Numbered from the stretch's first letter, positions 9,317 to 18,250 are shown. The stretch: 40,239 nucleotides of DNA from Bacteroidia bacterium (GCA_044337585.1 JBIINH010000003.1:1-40239); one strand, 5' to 3'. The notes: a model not told the origin generated them from the letters alone. Numbers and translations: made by a program.

Positions 9317-10870
9317 ATGGAAAATATTTTTAAAACAGACGCTGATATCCTTATCAATAGATTATATGCTGAACATATTCCTATGACAGAGGAACCCGGC
9401 AGTTTCCCATTTACCCGAGGCATACAACCCGATATGTACAGGGGAAAATTATGGACAATGAGGCAATATGCAGGATTTAGCACCGCAGAAGAAAGCAATA
9501 AACGGTATAAATACTTACTTGCAAATGGCACCATGGGTCTTAGTGTAGCATTTGATTTGCCAACACAAATTGGGTATGACAGCGACCATGCCATGAGTGA
9601 AGGCGAAGTAGGCAAAGTTGGTGTTGCTATTGACTCTTTGAGCGATATGGAAATATTGTTTGACGGAATAAAAATAGAAGATATCACCACTTCTATGACC
9701 ATCAATGCTACCGCCTCTACATTGCTAGCGATGTATATTGCTTTGGCAAAAAAGCAAGGAGCCGATATCAAAAAAATTTCGGGTACCATTCAAAACGATA
9801 TTTTGAAAGAATATGCTGCCAGAGGAACATACATTTATCCGCCCAAACCAAGTATGCGAATCATTACCGATATATTTGAATATTGCAGTAGTGAAGTTCC
9901 CAAATGGAATACCATTTCCATTTCAGGTTATCATATTCGCGAGGCCGGCAGCACAGCCGTGCAAGAAATTGCATTTACGCTATCAAATGCAAAAGCTTAC
10001 GCAAAAGCGGCTATTGATAAAGGATTAGACATAAATACATTTGGTCAGCGGTTGAGTTTTTTCTTTAATGCACACAATAATTTTTTTGAAGAAATAGCAA
10101 AATTCAGAGCTGCCAGAAGAATGTGGGCCAAAATGGCAAAAGAACTTGGTGCTACAAATCCTAAAGCACAAATGCTTAGATTTCATACACAAACAGGAGG
10201 CTCAACTTTGCAAGCGCAGCAAGCTGAAAATAATATTGTGCGGGTGACACTACAGTCAATGGCTGCCGTAATGGGTGGCACACAATCATTGCATACCAAT
10301 GGATTTGATGAAGCCTTATCACTTCCTACAGAGCATGCTGCAAAACTTGCACTCAGAACACAGCAAATTATTGCAAACGAAAGTGGAATAACCTACACAG
10401 TAGACCCAATGGGTGGAAGTTATTTTGTTGAAGAGCTTACTAATCAGGTAGAAGAAGCTGCATGGAAATATATTGAAAAAATAGATGCAATGGGTGGATC
10501 GGTGAATGCGATAGAACAGGGATTTATGCAAAAAGAAATTGCTGCTGCTGCCTATGAGTATCAACGCCAAATTGAAAAGAATGAAAAAATTGTAGTAGGC
10601 GTAAATAAATATACTGAGCAAGAACAAGCTGCACCTCCTGTGTTTAAAATAGATGACAGTATCAGAAAACTTCAGACAGAAAAATTAAATCAATTAAAAG
10701 CTGAACGTAATAATGATATCGTTAACAGTAAATTAAAATCAATTGAGCAATTTGCCAATGATGGTACAAACTTAATGCCTGCTATTATTGAAGCAGTAGA
10801 AGCATATGCTACACTTGGAGAAATTGCAGATATATTGAGAAAAGTGTATGGAGAATATAGAAGTATATAA
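9317..10870 (+). CDS. Methylmalonyl-CoA mutase family, catalytic (large, N-terminal) subunit without a B12-binding domain
   Basis: [33 protein letters not shown] and [10 protein letters not shown] are canonical acyl-CoA mutase barrel blocks. The protein stops at 517 aa, before any DxHxxG cobalamin domain. Confidence 0.9.
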   Translation: MENIFKTDADILINRLYAEHIPMTEEPGSFPFTRGIQPDMYRGKLWTMRQYAGFSTAEESNKRYKYLLANGTMGLSVAFDLPTQIGYDSDHAMSEGEVGKVGVAIDSLSDMEILFDGIKIEDITTSMTINATASTLLAMYIALAKKQGADIKKISGTIQNDILKEYAARGTYIYPPKPSMRIITDIFEYCSSEVPKWNTISISGYHIREAGSTAVQEIAFTLSNAKAYAKAAIDKGLDINTFGQRLSFFFNAHNNFFEEIAKFRAARRMWAKMAKELGATNPKAQMLRFHTQTGGSTLQAQQAENNIVRVTLQSMAAVMGGTQSLHTNGFDEALSLPTEHAAKLALRTQQIIANESGITYTVDPMGGSYFVEELTNQVEEAAWKYIEKIDAMGGSVNAIEQGFMQKEIAAAAYEYQRQIEKNEKIVVGVNKYTEQEQAAPPVFKIDDSIRKLQTEKLNQLKAERNNDIVNSKLKSIEQFANDGTNLMPAIIEAVEAYATLGEIADILRKVYGEYRSI

Positions 10871-10873
10871 CTC

Positions 10874-11617
10874 ATGAAAAAAACTGCATCCTTACTTTTC
10901 AGTATTGCCATTCTTTTTATCTTCAGTTGTGGCAACGTATTTACTGTTGTCAAAACGGAACATGCCAACACTCGCATCAGTGGCGATTCTTTATTACTTT
11001 ATGATTCTTCTGCACATTATTTAATTGCTCCATATAAAAATCAGCTTCAAGAAAAGATGAGTAGTGTGATAGGTATTACCAACACAAATTTAGTGAAAGA
11101 ACTGCCTGAAGGAACTTTAAATAACTTGATGACAGATGCCGCATTATTTTATGCTGTTAGAAAAGCAAATATCCTGTGTGATGTGTGCGTGATGAACTAT
11201 GGTGGAATTCGAATACCAAGAATTAATGCAGGTGAAATAACAATGGGTAAGGTATATGAACTGATGCCTTTCGATAACCAGTTAACTATTTTAAAAATTT
11301 CGGGAAGTGAACTAAATAGCTTGTTGCAAAATATGGCCGCCAAAAATGGTTGGCCAATTAGTGGGGTAAAAATGAAAATTAAGAATGGTGTTGCAACGGA
11401 TATCCTTATTCAACAAAAACCTATCGACACATTACTCACCTACACCATCATCACAAGTGACTATATTGCTAATGGTGGTGATAAGGTACAAGCTCTACTC
11501 AAACCTATTGAACGAATTGATTTGGGTTACCTAGTAAGAGATGCAATTATTGATTATATAAAATTTCACACTCCTTTAAATATGGAAAAAGATGGAAGAA
11601 TTACAGTTGAACCGTAG
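10874..11617 (+). CDS. 5'-nucleotidase C-terminal (substrate-binding) domain lipoprotein
   Basis: Lipoprotein signal (LFIFSCG). GGIR, YELMPFDN and SDYIANGGD resemble the 5'-nucleotidase_C domain. Confidence 0.8.
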   Translation: MKKTASLLFSIAILFIFSCGNVFTVVKTEHANTRISGDSLLLYDSSAHYLIAPYKNQLQEKMSSVIGITNTNLVKELPEGTLNNLMTDAALFYAVRKANILCDVCVMNYGGIRIPRINAGEITMGKVYELMPFDNQLTILKISGSELNSLLQNMAAKNGWPISGVKMKIKNGVATDILIQQKPIDTLLTYTIITSDYIANGGDKVQALLKPIERIDLGYLVRDAIIDYIKFHTPLNMEKDGRITVEP

Positions 11618-12536
11618 GTCATTTATAAAAATAGGAGCAACACTTGCCGGAGGAACATTATTACACTCCCTTCCGTTACACACATTTGCAAAATCATCAA
11701 CCATAAAGCTTACCATCCTTCATACCAACGATTGGCATAGCCGCATCGAACCGTTTGACAAAAATAGTGGAAACAACTCTGGCATGGGTGGAGCAGCGGT
11801 AAGAAGCCAAGTCATTAAAAAAATTAGGGAAGAAGAAGAAAATGTACTGTTGCTAGATGCCGGTGATGTATTCCAAGGCACACCCTATTTCAACATGTTT
11901 GGTGGGGAGTTAGAATATAAGCTTATGAGTATGATGGGATATGATGCTATGACTTTGGGGAATCATGACTTTGATAATGGTATAACCGGACTTAGCAAAC
12001 AATTGCCTCATGCTAACTTCCCCATCTTGTGTGCCAACTACGATTTTTCAGAAACCGAACTAAACGGAAAAATAAAAAACTATAAAGTATTTGAAAAAGG
12101 AGGATTGCGAATTGGTATATTCGGGATTGGTATTGAGTTGGATGGACTGGTACCCAAAACGATGTTCGGAAATACCAAATACCTCAATCCTGTGGAAAAG
12201 GCAAATGAAATTGCAGCACATTTAAAACTGAAAGAAAAATGTGATTTTATTATATGTCTCTCGCATCTTGGATATAAATATCAAGGAGAAAAAATTTCGG
12301 ACATTAAACTTGCTCCTCAATCAAATCATATTGATTTGATTTTAGGTGGTCACACCCACACGTTTATGCCTAAACCAGATGAGCTAAGAAATGCTTCTGG
12401 AAAAAGAATATTTATCAATCAAGTTGGTTGGGGAGGCCTTCAATTAGGGCGAATAGATTACTATTTCAACAAACAACAAGCATCAATTGAAACTGCTGTA
12501 AGTACAGCAATTCCGCTGATTTCAGAAAAAGCTTGA
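11592..12536 (+). CDS. Metallophosphoesterase / 5'-nucleotidase N-terminal domain protein with a Tat signal
   Basis: Twin-arginine signal NRRSFIKIGATLAGG. Calcineurin-like motifs HTNDWH, DAGD, GNHDFD and GGHTH. Overlaps the upstream gene by 26 nt. Confidence 0.85.
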   Translation: MEELQLNRRSFIKIGATLAGGTLLHSLPLHTFAKSSTIKLTILHTNDWHSRIEPFDKNSGNNSGMGGAAVRSQVIKKIREEEENVLLLDAGDVFQGTPYFNMFGGELEYKLMSMMGYDAMTLGNHDFDNGITGLSKQLPHANFPILCANYDFSETELNGKIKNYKVFEKGGLRIGIFGIGIELDGLVPKTMFGNTKYLNPVEKANEIAAHLKLKEKCDFIICLSHLGYKYQGEKISDIKLAPQSNHIDLILGGHTHTFMPKPDELRNASGKRIFINQVGWGGLQLGRIDYYFNKQQASIETAVSTAIPLISEKA

Positions 12537-12588
12537 CACCATTCATATAGTGTTAACAACCCTTTATACTTTTTTCCAAAAATCCAAG

Positions 12589-12601
12589 TTATTCACATTA
12601 A
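12589..12601 (+). promoter_or_regulatory. DnaA-box-like site (TTATTCACA, 8/9 to TTATCCACA) within a repeated 13-mer
   Basis: TTATTCACATTAA read directly. An identical copy lies 126 bp downstream, and both are upstream of dnaA. Confidence 0.4.
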
Positions 12602-12714
12602 AATTTTAGGGTTCAAAATTTAAGACAACAGCTGAATTAGAACAGAATTATGAAAGTTAAGCACTTAGCAAATCATAAATAAGGATCGTAAAATATTTAG
12701 TACAAAAAATTTTT

Positions 12715-12727
12715 TTATTCACATTAA
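12715..12727 (+). promoter_or_regulatory. DnaA-box-like site, second copy of the 13-mer
   Basis: TTATTCACATTAA, preceded by an A/T run (AAAAAATTTTTTT), about 50 bp upstream of the dnaA ATG. Confidence 0.4.
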
Positions 12728-12774
12728 TTTAATCAACTTTCCAAACGAAAGAGAATTAGAAGGAGTACTAAATT

Positions 12775-14211
12775 ATGAGTGAAAAAACTGCTGAACAAGT
12801 ATGGAATAATTGCCTGAAGCTTATTCAGGATAATGTGTCCCCACAAAGCTACAAGACATGGTTTGAACCTATCAAACCTGTTAAATTAGAAAACAAAATC
12901 TTAAACATTCAAGTTCCCAGCCAATTCTTTTTTGAATGGCTAGAAGAACATTATGTAACTTTATTACGTAAAGCATTAAAATCTGAACTAGGTACTGGGT
13001 CGAGATTGGAGTACTCAATTATTGTAGAGAACAGCAATTCAAATTCTTCACCTTATATGGTGAATTTGCCTGGAAGTAGTTCAACACGTGCAGAAAGCCA
13101 AAACGTGAATACATCACTTAATTTAAGTAATAATATTAAGAACCCATTTATAATACCGGGATTAAAAAAAGTAAATATTGACTCGAACTTAAATACAAAC
13201 TTTACATTTGATAATTTTATCGAAGGGGAATGCAATAAATTATCTCGTTCTGCGGGTATTGCAGTTGCCAGCAAACCTGGAGGAACTGCATTTAATCCGC
13301 TAATGATTTTTAGTGATACTGGACTAGGTAAAACACACCTAATACATGCAATTGGTAACCATATCAAAATTCATAATAAAAATAAAGTTGTTCTTTATTC
13401 ACCAGTTGAGCGGTTTGCCAACCAATTTGTAGAATCACTTAGAAACAACTCAACCCAAGATTTTCTTACCTATTATCAAAATGTAGATGTATTAATTATT
13501 GATGATATTCAGTTTTTAGAAGGGAAACAACGTACACAAGAAATCTTCTTCTCAATATTTAATCACTTACACCAACAAGGCAAACAAATTATCCTTACAA
13601 GCGACCGTGCACCAAAAGATTTGAAAGGAATGGATGAGCGCCTTCTATCTAGATTCAAGTGGGGCCTATCATGCGATATTCAAACACCGGATTTCGAAAC
13701 ACGCCTTGCAATACTTGAACATATGATGTATACGGATGGCATAACACTACACCGTGATGTAGTTGAATATGTGGCTCACAATATCAATTCAAACCTTCGC
13801 GAATTGCGAGGAGCTTTGGTTTCATTATTGGCACAATCATCCCTTAATAGAAAAGAAGTAACACTTGACCTTGCAAAACAAATCCTGAAAAACTTTGTAA
13901 AAAACTCTACACGCGAAATCTCTATCGAATTTATACAGAAATTGGTATGCGACTACTTCACCATCCCTGTTGAAATGGTAAAATCAAAAACACGTAAACG
14001 TGAAATTGTTCAGGCACGTCAAATTTCAATGTATTATGCAAAAGATTTAACTAAATCATCATTGAAAACAATTGGAATGCATTTTGGAGGCCGTGATCAC
14101 TCAACAGTGATTCATGCTTGTCAAACTGTTAATGATTTGATGGAAACTGATAAAAAGTTTAGAGCCGATATTGAAGAAATCGGAAAACGTATTAAAATTA
14201 ATATGGTTTAA
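12775..14211 (+). CDS. dnaA: Chromosomal replication initiator DnaA
   Basis: FTFDNFIEG, NPLMIFSDTGLGKTHL (Walker A), LIIDDIQFL, the sensor region and a C-terminal DNA-binding domain (ARQISMYYAKDLT..IGMHFGGRDHSTVIHA). Confidence 0.97.
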   Translation: MSEKTAEQVWNNCLKLIQDNVSPQSYKTWFEPIKPVKLENKILNIQVPSQFFFEWLEEHYVTLLRKALKSELGTGSRLEYSIIVENSNSNSSPYMVNLPGSSSTRAESQNVNTSLNLSNNIKNPFIIPGLKKVNIDSNLNTNFTFDNFIEGECNKLSRSAGIAVASKPGGTAFNPLMIFSDTGLGKTHLIHAIGNHIKIHNKNKVVLYSPVERFANQFVESLRNNSTQDFLTYYQNVDVLIIDDIQFLEGKQRTQEIFFSIFNHLHQQGKQIILTSDRAPKDLKGMDERLLSRFKWGLSCDIQTPDFETRLAILEHMMYTDGITLHRDVVEYVAHNINSNLRELRGALVSLLAQSSLNRKEVTLDLAKQILKNFVKNSTREISIEFIQKLVCDYFTIPVEMVKSKTRKREIVQARQISMYYAKDLTKSSLKTIGMHFGGRDHSTVIHACQTVNDLMETDKKFRADIEEIGKRIKINMV

Positions 14212-14213
14212 CT

Positions 14214-14248
14214 AAAAAATCCCGTGAATAATTCACGGGATTTTTTTT
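14214..14248. terminator. Bidirectional rho-independent terminator (dnaA / MazG-like)
   Basis: Near-perfect palindrome AAAAAATCCCGTGAAT-A-ATTCACGGGATTTTTT fills the 35-nt gap between two convergent stop codons. A-runs and T-runs flank it on both sides. Confidence 0.8.
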
Positions 14249-14573
14249 ACTTCAATTTTTGATTAGTGGTGTGCCGATCTTTATCCCTATTTGTCTTCTT
14301 TTCTATATTTTTAATTAGTGCATCTTCTAAATTAATTCCTGTTTGGTTGGCCAAACAAATGAGCACAAATAACACATCAGCCATTTCATCCGCTAAATCT
14401 ATTTCTTTATCTGAATCTTTAAATGACTGCTCACCATATTTACGGGCAATAATTCTTGCCACCTCTCCTACTTCTTCCATCAAAATGGCAGTATTTGTTA
14501 GTTCATTAAAATAACGAACCCCTACGGTTCTTATCCATTCATCTACTTTTTGCTGAGCTTCATTTATGGTCAT
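14247..14573 (-). CDS. MazG-like nucleotide pyrophosphohydrolase (small, single domain)
   Basis: EEVGEVARIIARKYGE and DEMADVLFVLICLANQTGINLEDA match the MazG EExxE / ExxD helix pattern. 108 aa. Confidence 0.85.
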   Translation of the reverse strand: MTINEAQQKVDEWIRTVGVRYFNELTNTAILMEEVGEVARIIARKYGEQSFKDSDKEIDLADEMADVLFVLICLANQTGINLEDALIKNIEKKTNRDKDRHTTNQKLK

Positions 14574-14578
14574 TACTT

Positions 14579-15361
14579 TTAATTGGTCGATATTTTATAC
14601 CCAAACCCAAAAGAAAATTGCACAAAATTTTGGTTTGCACGATAATTGTTTCTGAATTCTCGTTCATCAATCTTCGTGTGCACATCCGAATAAATTTCAA
14701 TATCATTGTTTTCAAACGGAAATAGATATTGATTAATAGATCCGCTAAGAAAAAGACCTTTATAAATTTTGTATTTCAAGGATATTCCAAGTGTCATTCC
14801 TGGTTTATTGTAATCTTTAACAGCAAGAGAAAAAGGCATATAGCAAGAAATTGTAGAGCCCCTATTAGATGAGTTATAAAAATAATAATCACTTGCATTA
14901 TACCTTAAAGCCAATCCTAATTCAGGCGTAAATTCAAACTTTTGTTTAAAAATTTGAAACGGGATGGCGTAGGCATATCCAAATTGAAACATTCTATATG
15001 TTCTTTCATATCGTAAAAATTGATTCTCTGGATTGTTTTGGAAATCACGTGATTTATTTTGGAACGTATTAAACCTCATAAATACGGAATGCCTATTGAT
15101 ATGAAATGCAATTCGCGACTCTAAAAACCTTATCAATGCCATCGTGTGGCCTTGTATATCAGTAGAATAATAAAATAAAAATTCGGGTGAATGATAAAGC
15201 CATCCTGTTCCATCTTGAAAATTAGTTGAAACATTTCCGAATTGAAAACTTGCCCCGTATACAGGTTTTGTTCCAGGATTTCTTGATGAAGCTTCTTTGA
15301 ATACAAGTAAAAGCATGCAAGAAACTAACACGTACTTGCAACGTTTAATTTGAAAATTCAT
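14579..15361 (-). CDS. Hypothetical outer-membrane beta-barrel-like protein
   Basis: 260-aa ORF with a signal-like N-terminus (YVLVSCMLLLVFKEASS), an aromatic-rich alternating pattern and a C-terminal FGFGYKI. No family recognised. Confidence 0.5.
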   Translation of the reverse strand: MNFQIKRCKYVLVSCMLLLVFKEASSRNPGTKPVYGASFQFGNVSTNFQDGTGWLYHSPEFLFYYSTDIQGHTMALIRFLESRIAFHINRHSVFMRFNTFQNKSRDFQNNPENQFLRYERTYRMFQFGYAYAIPFQIFKQKFEFTPELGLALRYNASDYYFYNSSNRGSTISCYMPFSLAVKDYNKPGMTLGISLKYKIYKGLFLSGSINQYLFPFENNDIEIYSDVHTKIDEREFRNNYRANQNFVQFSFGFGYKISTN

Positions 15362-15649
15362 AACAAATTTTAAGTAGATGGAATATTTATTAATTTAAAA
15401 CTGTTTCAAAATTAGATTAGTTTATTCAAACTGCCTCATAAATATTAAAATATGATATAAAAGCAAAGCTGAATATGTATAGAATGATACACACCATCGT
15501 ATAGTATTGTATACAAACGACTTTAATGGGCTATATCGAATAATAAAACAACTATGATTATCAGCTTATTAACTAATTAGATTAGTATAAAATTTACTTT
15601 GGCACAATTATGCAGGTAAAGATAGTAATACATTTTTCATTGATAAACG

Positions 15650-15691
15650 AAAAAAAGCCGGCCAATTCTAAAATTGACCGGCTTTCTTTTT
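15650..15691 (-). terminator. Rho-independent terminator of rng
   Basis: AAAGCCGG (15654-15661) pairs with CCGGCTTT (15678-15685). On the minus strand the stem is followed by T7, and it starts about 20 nt after the rng stop. Confidence 0.65.
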
Positions 15692-15708
15692 ATACGACTA
15701 TGCAATTT

Positions 15709-17265
15709 CTAAATTGAGATTTCTTCACCGTGAGAATTGATAAACCTGTATTCTCCAAATTGAAGAGTTGGAACTGCTTTAACACTTACAAAACGTTTGT
15801 ATTTCCATAGCCAACCAAAACGAATTGATTTGTAATAACCTTTGGTGACATATGCTGCCAAGTATGGATGCAATTCAACTGAAAATTTACGCATATTAAG
15901 ATTTTGAATCAAATACTTCAGCCTGTTTTCAATTTCATCTAGTATCACTACACTCGAACCAATTTCGCCTGTACCTTTACAAGTAGGGCATTTTTCGTTT
16001 GTGGAAATAGCCATCTCAGGTCTAACACGTTGTCGGGTAATTTGAATAAGTCCAAAAAGACTCATCGGCAAAATTTTGTGCTTTGCCCGATCCGATTTCA
16101 TGGCTTCTTTCAGTTTTTCATAGATTAGCTTTTTGTTTCCCGCTGATTTTTGGTCAATGAAATCTACCACAATAATACCACCCATATCACGCAAGCGTAG
16201 TTGACGTGCTATCTCTTCTGCCGCTTCCATATTTACTTTTAAGGCATTCTCTTCTTGGTTAATTTCTTTGCCAGCCGTGTTCCCACTATTTACATCTATA
16301 ACATGAAGCGCCTCGGTATGTTGCACAATCAAATAGCAACCACCTAAGAAATTTACCTGTTGTCCAAAACTTGTTTTGATTTGCTTATCAACTCCAAAAT
16401 GTTCAAAAATGGTAGACTTGCCGTTGTATAGCTTTACAATTTTCTCCAAATGAGGAGCTTTGTGCTTAACGTAAGCTTTTATCTCATTGTATAAATAGTT
16501 ATCATTTACATGGCAACCCACAAAGTCTTCATTTAAAATATCCCTGATAAGTGTAAATGACCTATCACGTTCGCCCAGAAGTTTTTGTGGCGGATTTGCT
16601 TGTCTTAATTGTAAGACAAGGTCTTCCCATTTGGCCATTAGTTCTTTCAAATCTGCTTCTAGGTCTTCACCAGCTTTATTCTCAGCGACTGTTCTTACAA
16701 TTACACCAAAATTTTCAGGCTTAATTGCTTGAACCAATTTCTTCAATCTGTTACGTTCTTCAATTTTTACAACCTTTTTCGATATAGATACACCTTCATT
16801 AAAAGGAATTAATACCACATACCTGCCGGCTAACGATAACTCTGATGTGAGCCTTGGACCTTTATTGGAAATTGGTTCTTTGGAAACTTGAACAACTACA
16901 CGCTGATGACGTGAAAGCAATTGTCCGACTTTGCCTGACTTTTCAATGTCAGATTCATTGTCTCTTTTCTTTGGCCATACTAGCGTTTTTTCATTGTTCA
17001 TTACCAAATTGGTAAATTTATGCAATGATTTAGCTTGTGGCCCAAGGTCGAGATAATGCAGAAACGCATCACGCTCATAGCCTACATCTATAAACGCAGC
17101 ATTTAATCCGGGCATCAATTTATTAACTGTGCCCAAATAAATATCTCCAACAGCGTAGTTGTTATCCGCTTTTTCGTATTGCAGCTCTATGAGCTTTCTA
17201 TCACGAAGCAACGCAATCTCAACACCACCACTAGGATGTACATGAATGACTAATTCCTGACTCAC
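15709..17265 (-). CDS. rng: Ribonuclease E/G family protein (RNase G-like)
   Basis: S1 domain (GDIYLGTVNKLMPGLNAAFIDVG), catalytic core (HVIDVNSG, GGIIVVDFIDQ) and a Zn-link CPTCKGTG. The ORF track starts at 17322 (GTG). The in-frame GTG at 17265 (VSQELVIHV) fits typical N-termini better. Confidence 0.9.
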   Translation of the reverse strand: MSQELVIHVHPSGGVEIALLRDRKLIELQYEKADNNYAVGDIYLGTVNKLMPGLNAAFIDVGYERDAFLHYLDLGPQAKSLHKFTNLVMNNEKTLVWPKKRDNESDIEKSGKVGQLLSRHQRVVVQVSKEPISNKGPRLTSELSLAGRYVVLIPFNEGVSISKKVVKIEERNRLKKLVQAIKPENFGVIVRTVAENKAGEDLEADLKELMAKWEDLVLQLRQANPPQKLLGERDRSFTLIRDILNEDFVGCHVNDNYLYNEIKAYVKHKAPHLEKIVKLYNGKSTIFEHFGVDKQIKTSFGQQVNFLGGCYLIVQHTEALHVIDVNSGNTAGKEINQEENALKVNMEAAEEIARQLRLRDMGGIIVVDFIDQKSAGNKKLIYEKLKEAMKSDRAKHKILPMSLFGLIQITRQRVRPEMAISTNEKCPTCKGTGEIGSSVVILDEIENRLKYLIQNLNMRKFSVELHPYLAAYVTKGYYKSIRFGWLWKYKRFVSVKAVPTLQFGEYRFINSHGEEISI

Positions 17266-17337
17266 CTTTATCCGTTTTAAACCATAAGAATAAACACAAT
17301 GTGAAATAACACATTGTACCACATCAATTAGCTAATG

Positions 17338-17427
17338 CTATTTTTTCTTATGCCTGTTTTTTCTTAGTCTCTTTTTACGTTTGTGAGTGGCTATCTTATG
17401 TCTTTTTCTTTTTTTACCGCTTGGCAT
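17338..17427 (-). CDS. 29-aa ultra-basic peptide, bS22 / AURKAIP1-COX24-like small ribosomal protein
   Basis: Hand-translated from ATG 17427 to TAG 17338: MPSGKKRKRHKIATHKRKKRLRKNRHKKK. It is below the ORF-track cutoff. The ATG lies 2 nt after the stop of the TPR gene. The family assignment is from memory. Confidence 0.65.
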   Translation of the reverse strand: MPSGKKRKRHKIATHKRKKRLRKNRHKKK

Positions 17428-17429
17428 AG

Positions 17430-18239
17430 CTAAATGTTATTAAGTTGTTCTATAATTTTTTCTACTTCTTTTTTCGACTCTTTGTCGTTTAATAATGTTT
17501 TGCACTTTTCGTAAGTGCGAATTGCTTTGTCTGTTTCTCCATACTTGGCATAAGCCTCACCCAAGTAAAAATAAAACTCCGCATTAAATGGCTGCAATTG
17601 AACCAATTTCTCAAATCGGACTATCGCCTTATCGTATTGAGTGGATCGCATAGACAGGATTCCCAATGTGTAAATTGCTTGTATATTGTTGCTGTCTTTT
17701 TCTATTACCTCTCTTAGCAACGACACACCGCCCATTACTTCTCCATCCAATTCTACTTTGCACGTAGCAAGACCAACTTTTGCATCTAAATTATTTGGAT
17801 TCATTTCCAACACTTTTTCAAATGCACTTCTGGCCATACTGCCTGAATAAAACATTTTTGAACTGTCTGCATCAGTTGCTGCTATACCTAAAAACTTTGT
17901 ACCTAAGATGTAATAATTTTGTTCTGTAGGTACCAAACTAGTGTATTGCTTAAAATAATATGCTGCAATATGTGCATCTATACTATCCCATAACAACACT
18001 AAAGATTGTAAAGATTCTTTGGTATTATCTGATTTAAGCTTATCATTCACTTCCTTCAACTCTGGTGCAAGTCCATTATACTTCTGATCAATAAATACAT
18101 CCATATTGAACTCGGGAATTTGTGCTGTAGTTGCTTTGTCCGTGTCTACCTCTTTTACACTAGATTTATATCCTTTTGCAAAAAGAAACACAGTAATAAT
18201 GGCAACTGCGGAGATAAGAATGATTTTAGTTTTATTCAA
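17430..18239 (-). CDS. Membrane-anchored tetratricopeptide-repeat protein
   Basis: N-terminal TM helix (IILISAVAIITVFLF) and TPR-like A/Y/L periodicity (AIYTLGILSMRSTQYDKAIVRFEKLVQLQPFNAEFYFYLGEAYAKYGETDKAI). Confidence 0.7.
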   Translation of the reverse strand: MNKTKIILISAVAIITVFLFAKGYKSSVKEVDTDKATTAQIPEFNMDVFIDQKYNGLAPELKEVNDKLKSDNTKESLQSLVLLWDSIDAHIAAYYFKQYTSLVPTEQNYYILGTKFLGIAATDADSSKMFYSGSMARSAFEKVLEMNPNNLDAKVGLATCKVELDGEVMGGVSLLREVIEKDSNNIQAIYTLGILSMRSTQYDKAIVRFEKLVQLQPFNAEFYFYLGEAYAKYGETDKAIRTYEKCKTLLNDKESKKEVEKIIEQLNNI

Positions 18240-18250
18240 TCTTAATCCAA

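Noticed and set aside
9295-9789. 164-aa antisense ORF opposite the mutase gene, and similar ones at 28202-28534, 28898-29317, 35535-35918 and 37252-37641
   Set aside because: Each lies fully inside a strongly supported conserved gene on the other strand and has low-complexity Ser/Ile/Phe-rich composition. These are typical shadow ORFs.
10874-12536. The two nucleotidase ORFs as one frameshifted pseudogene
   Set aside because: The domain order is the reverse of the fused enzyme and each ORF has its own export signal (a lipobox and a Tat motif). A simple frameshift cannot explain the arrangement.
14221-14239. GTGAATAA/TTATTCAC (DnaA-box-like) inside the dnaA terminator, and TGTGAATGA at about 36562
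   Set aside because: They form part of terminator stems or lie at the end of a T-run. Their resemblance to DnaA boxes is most simply explained by palindrome and AT-rich composition.
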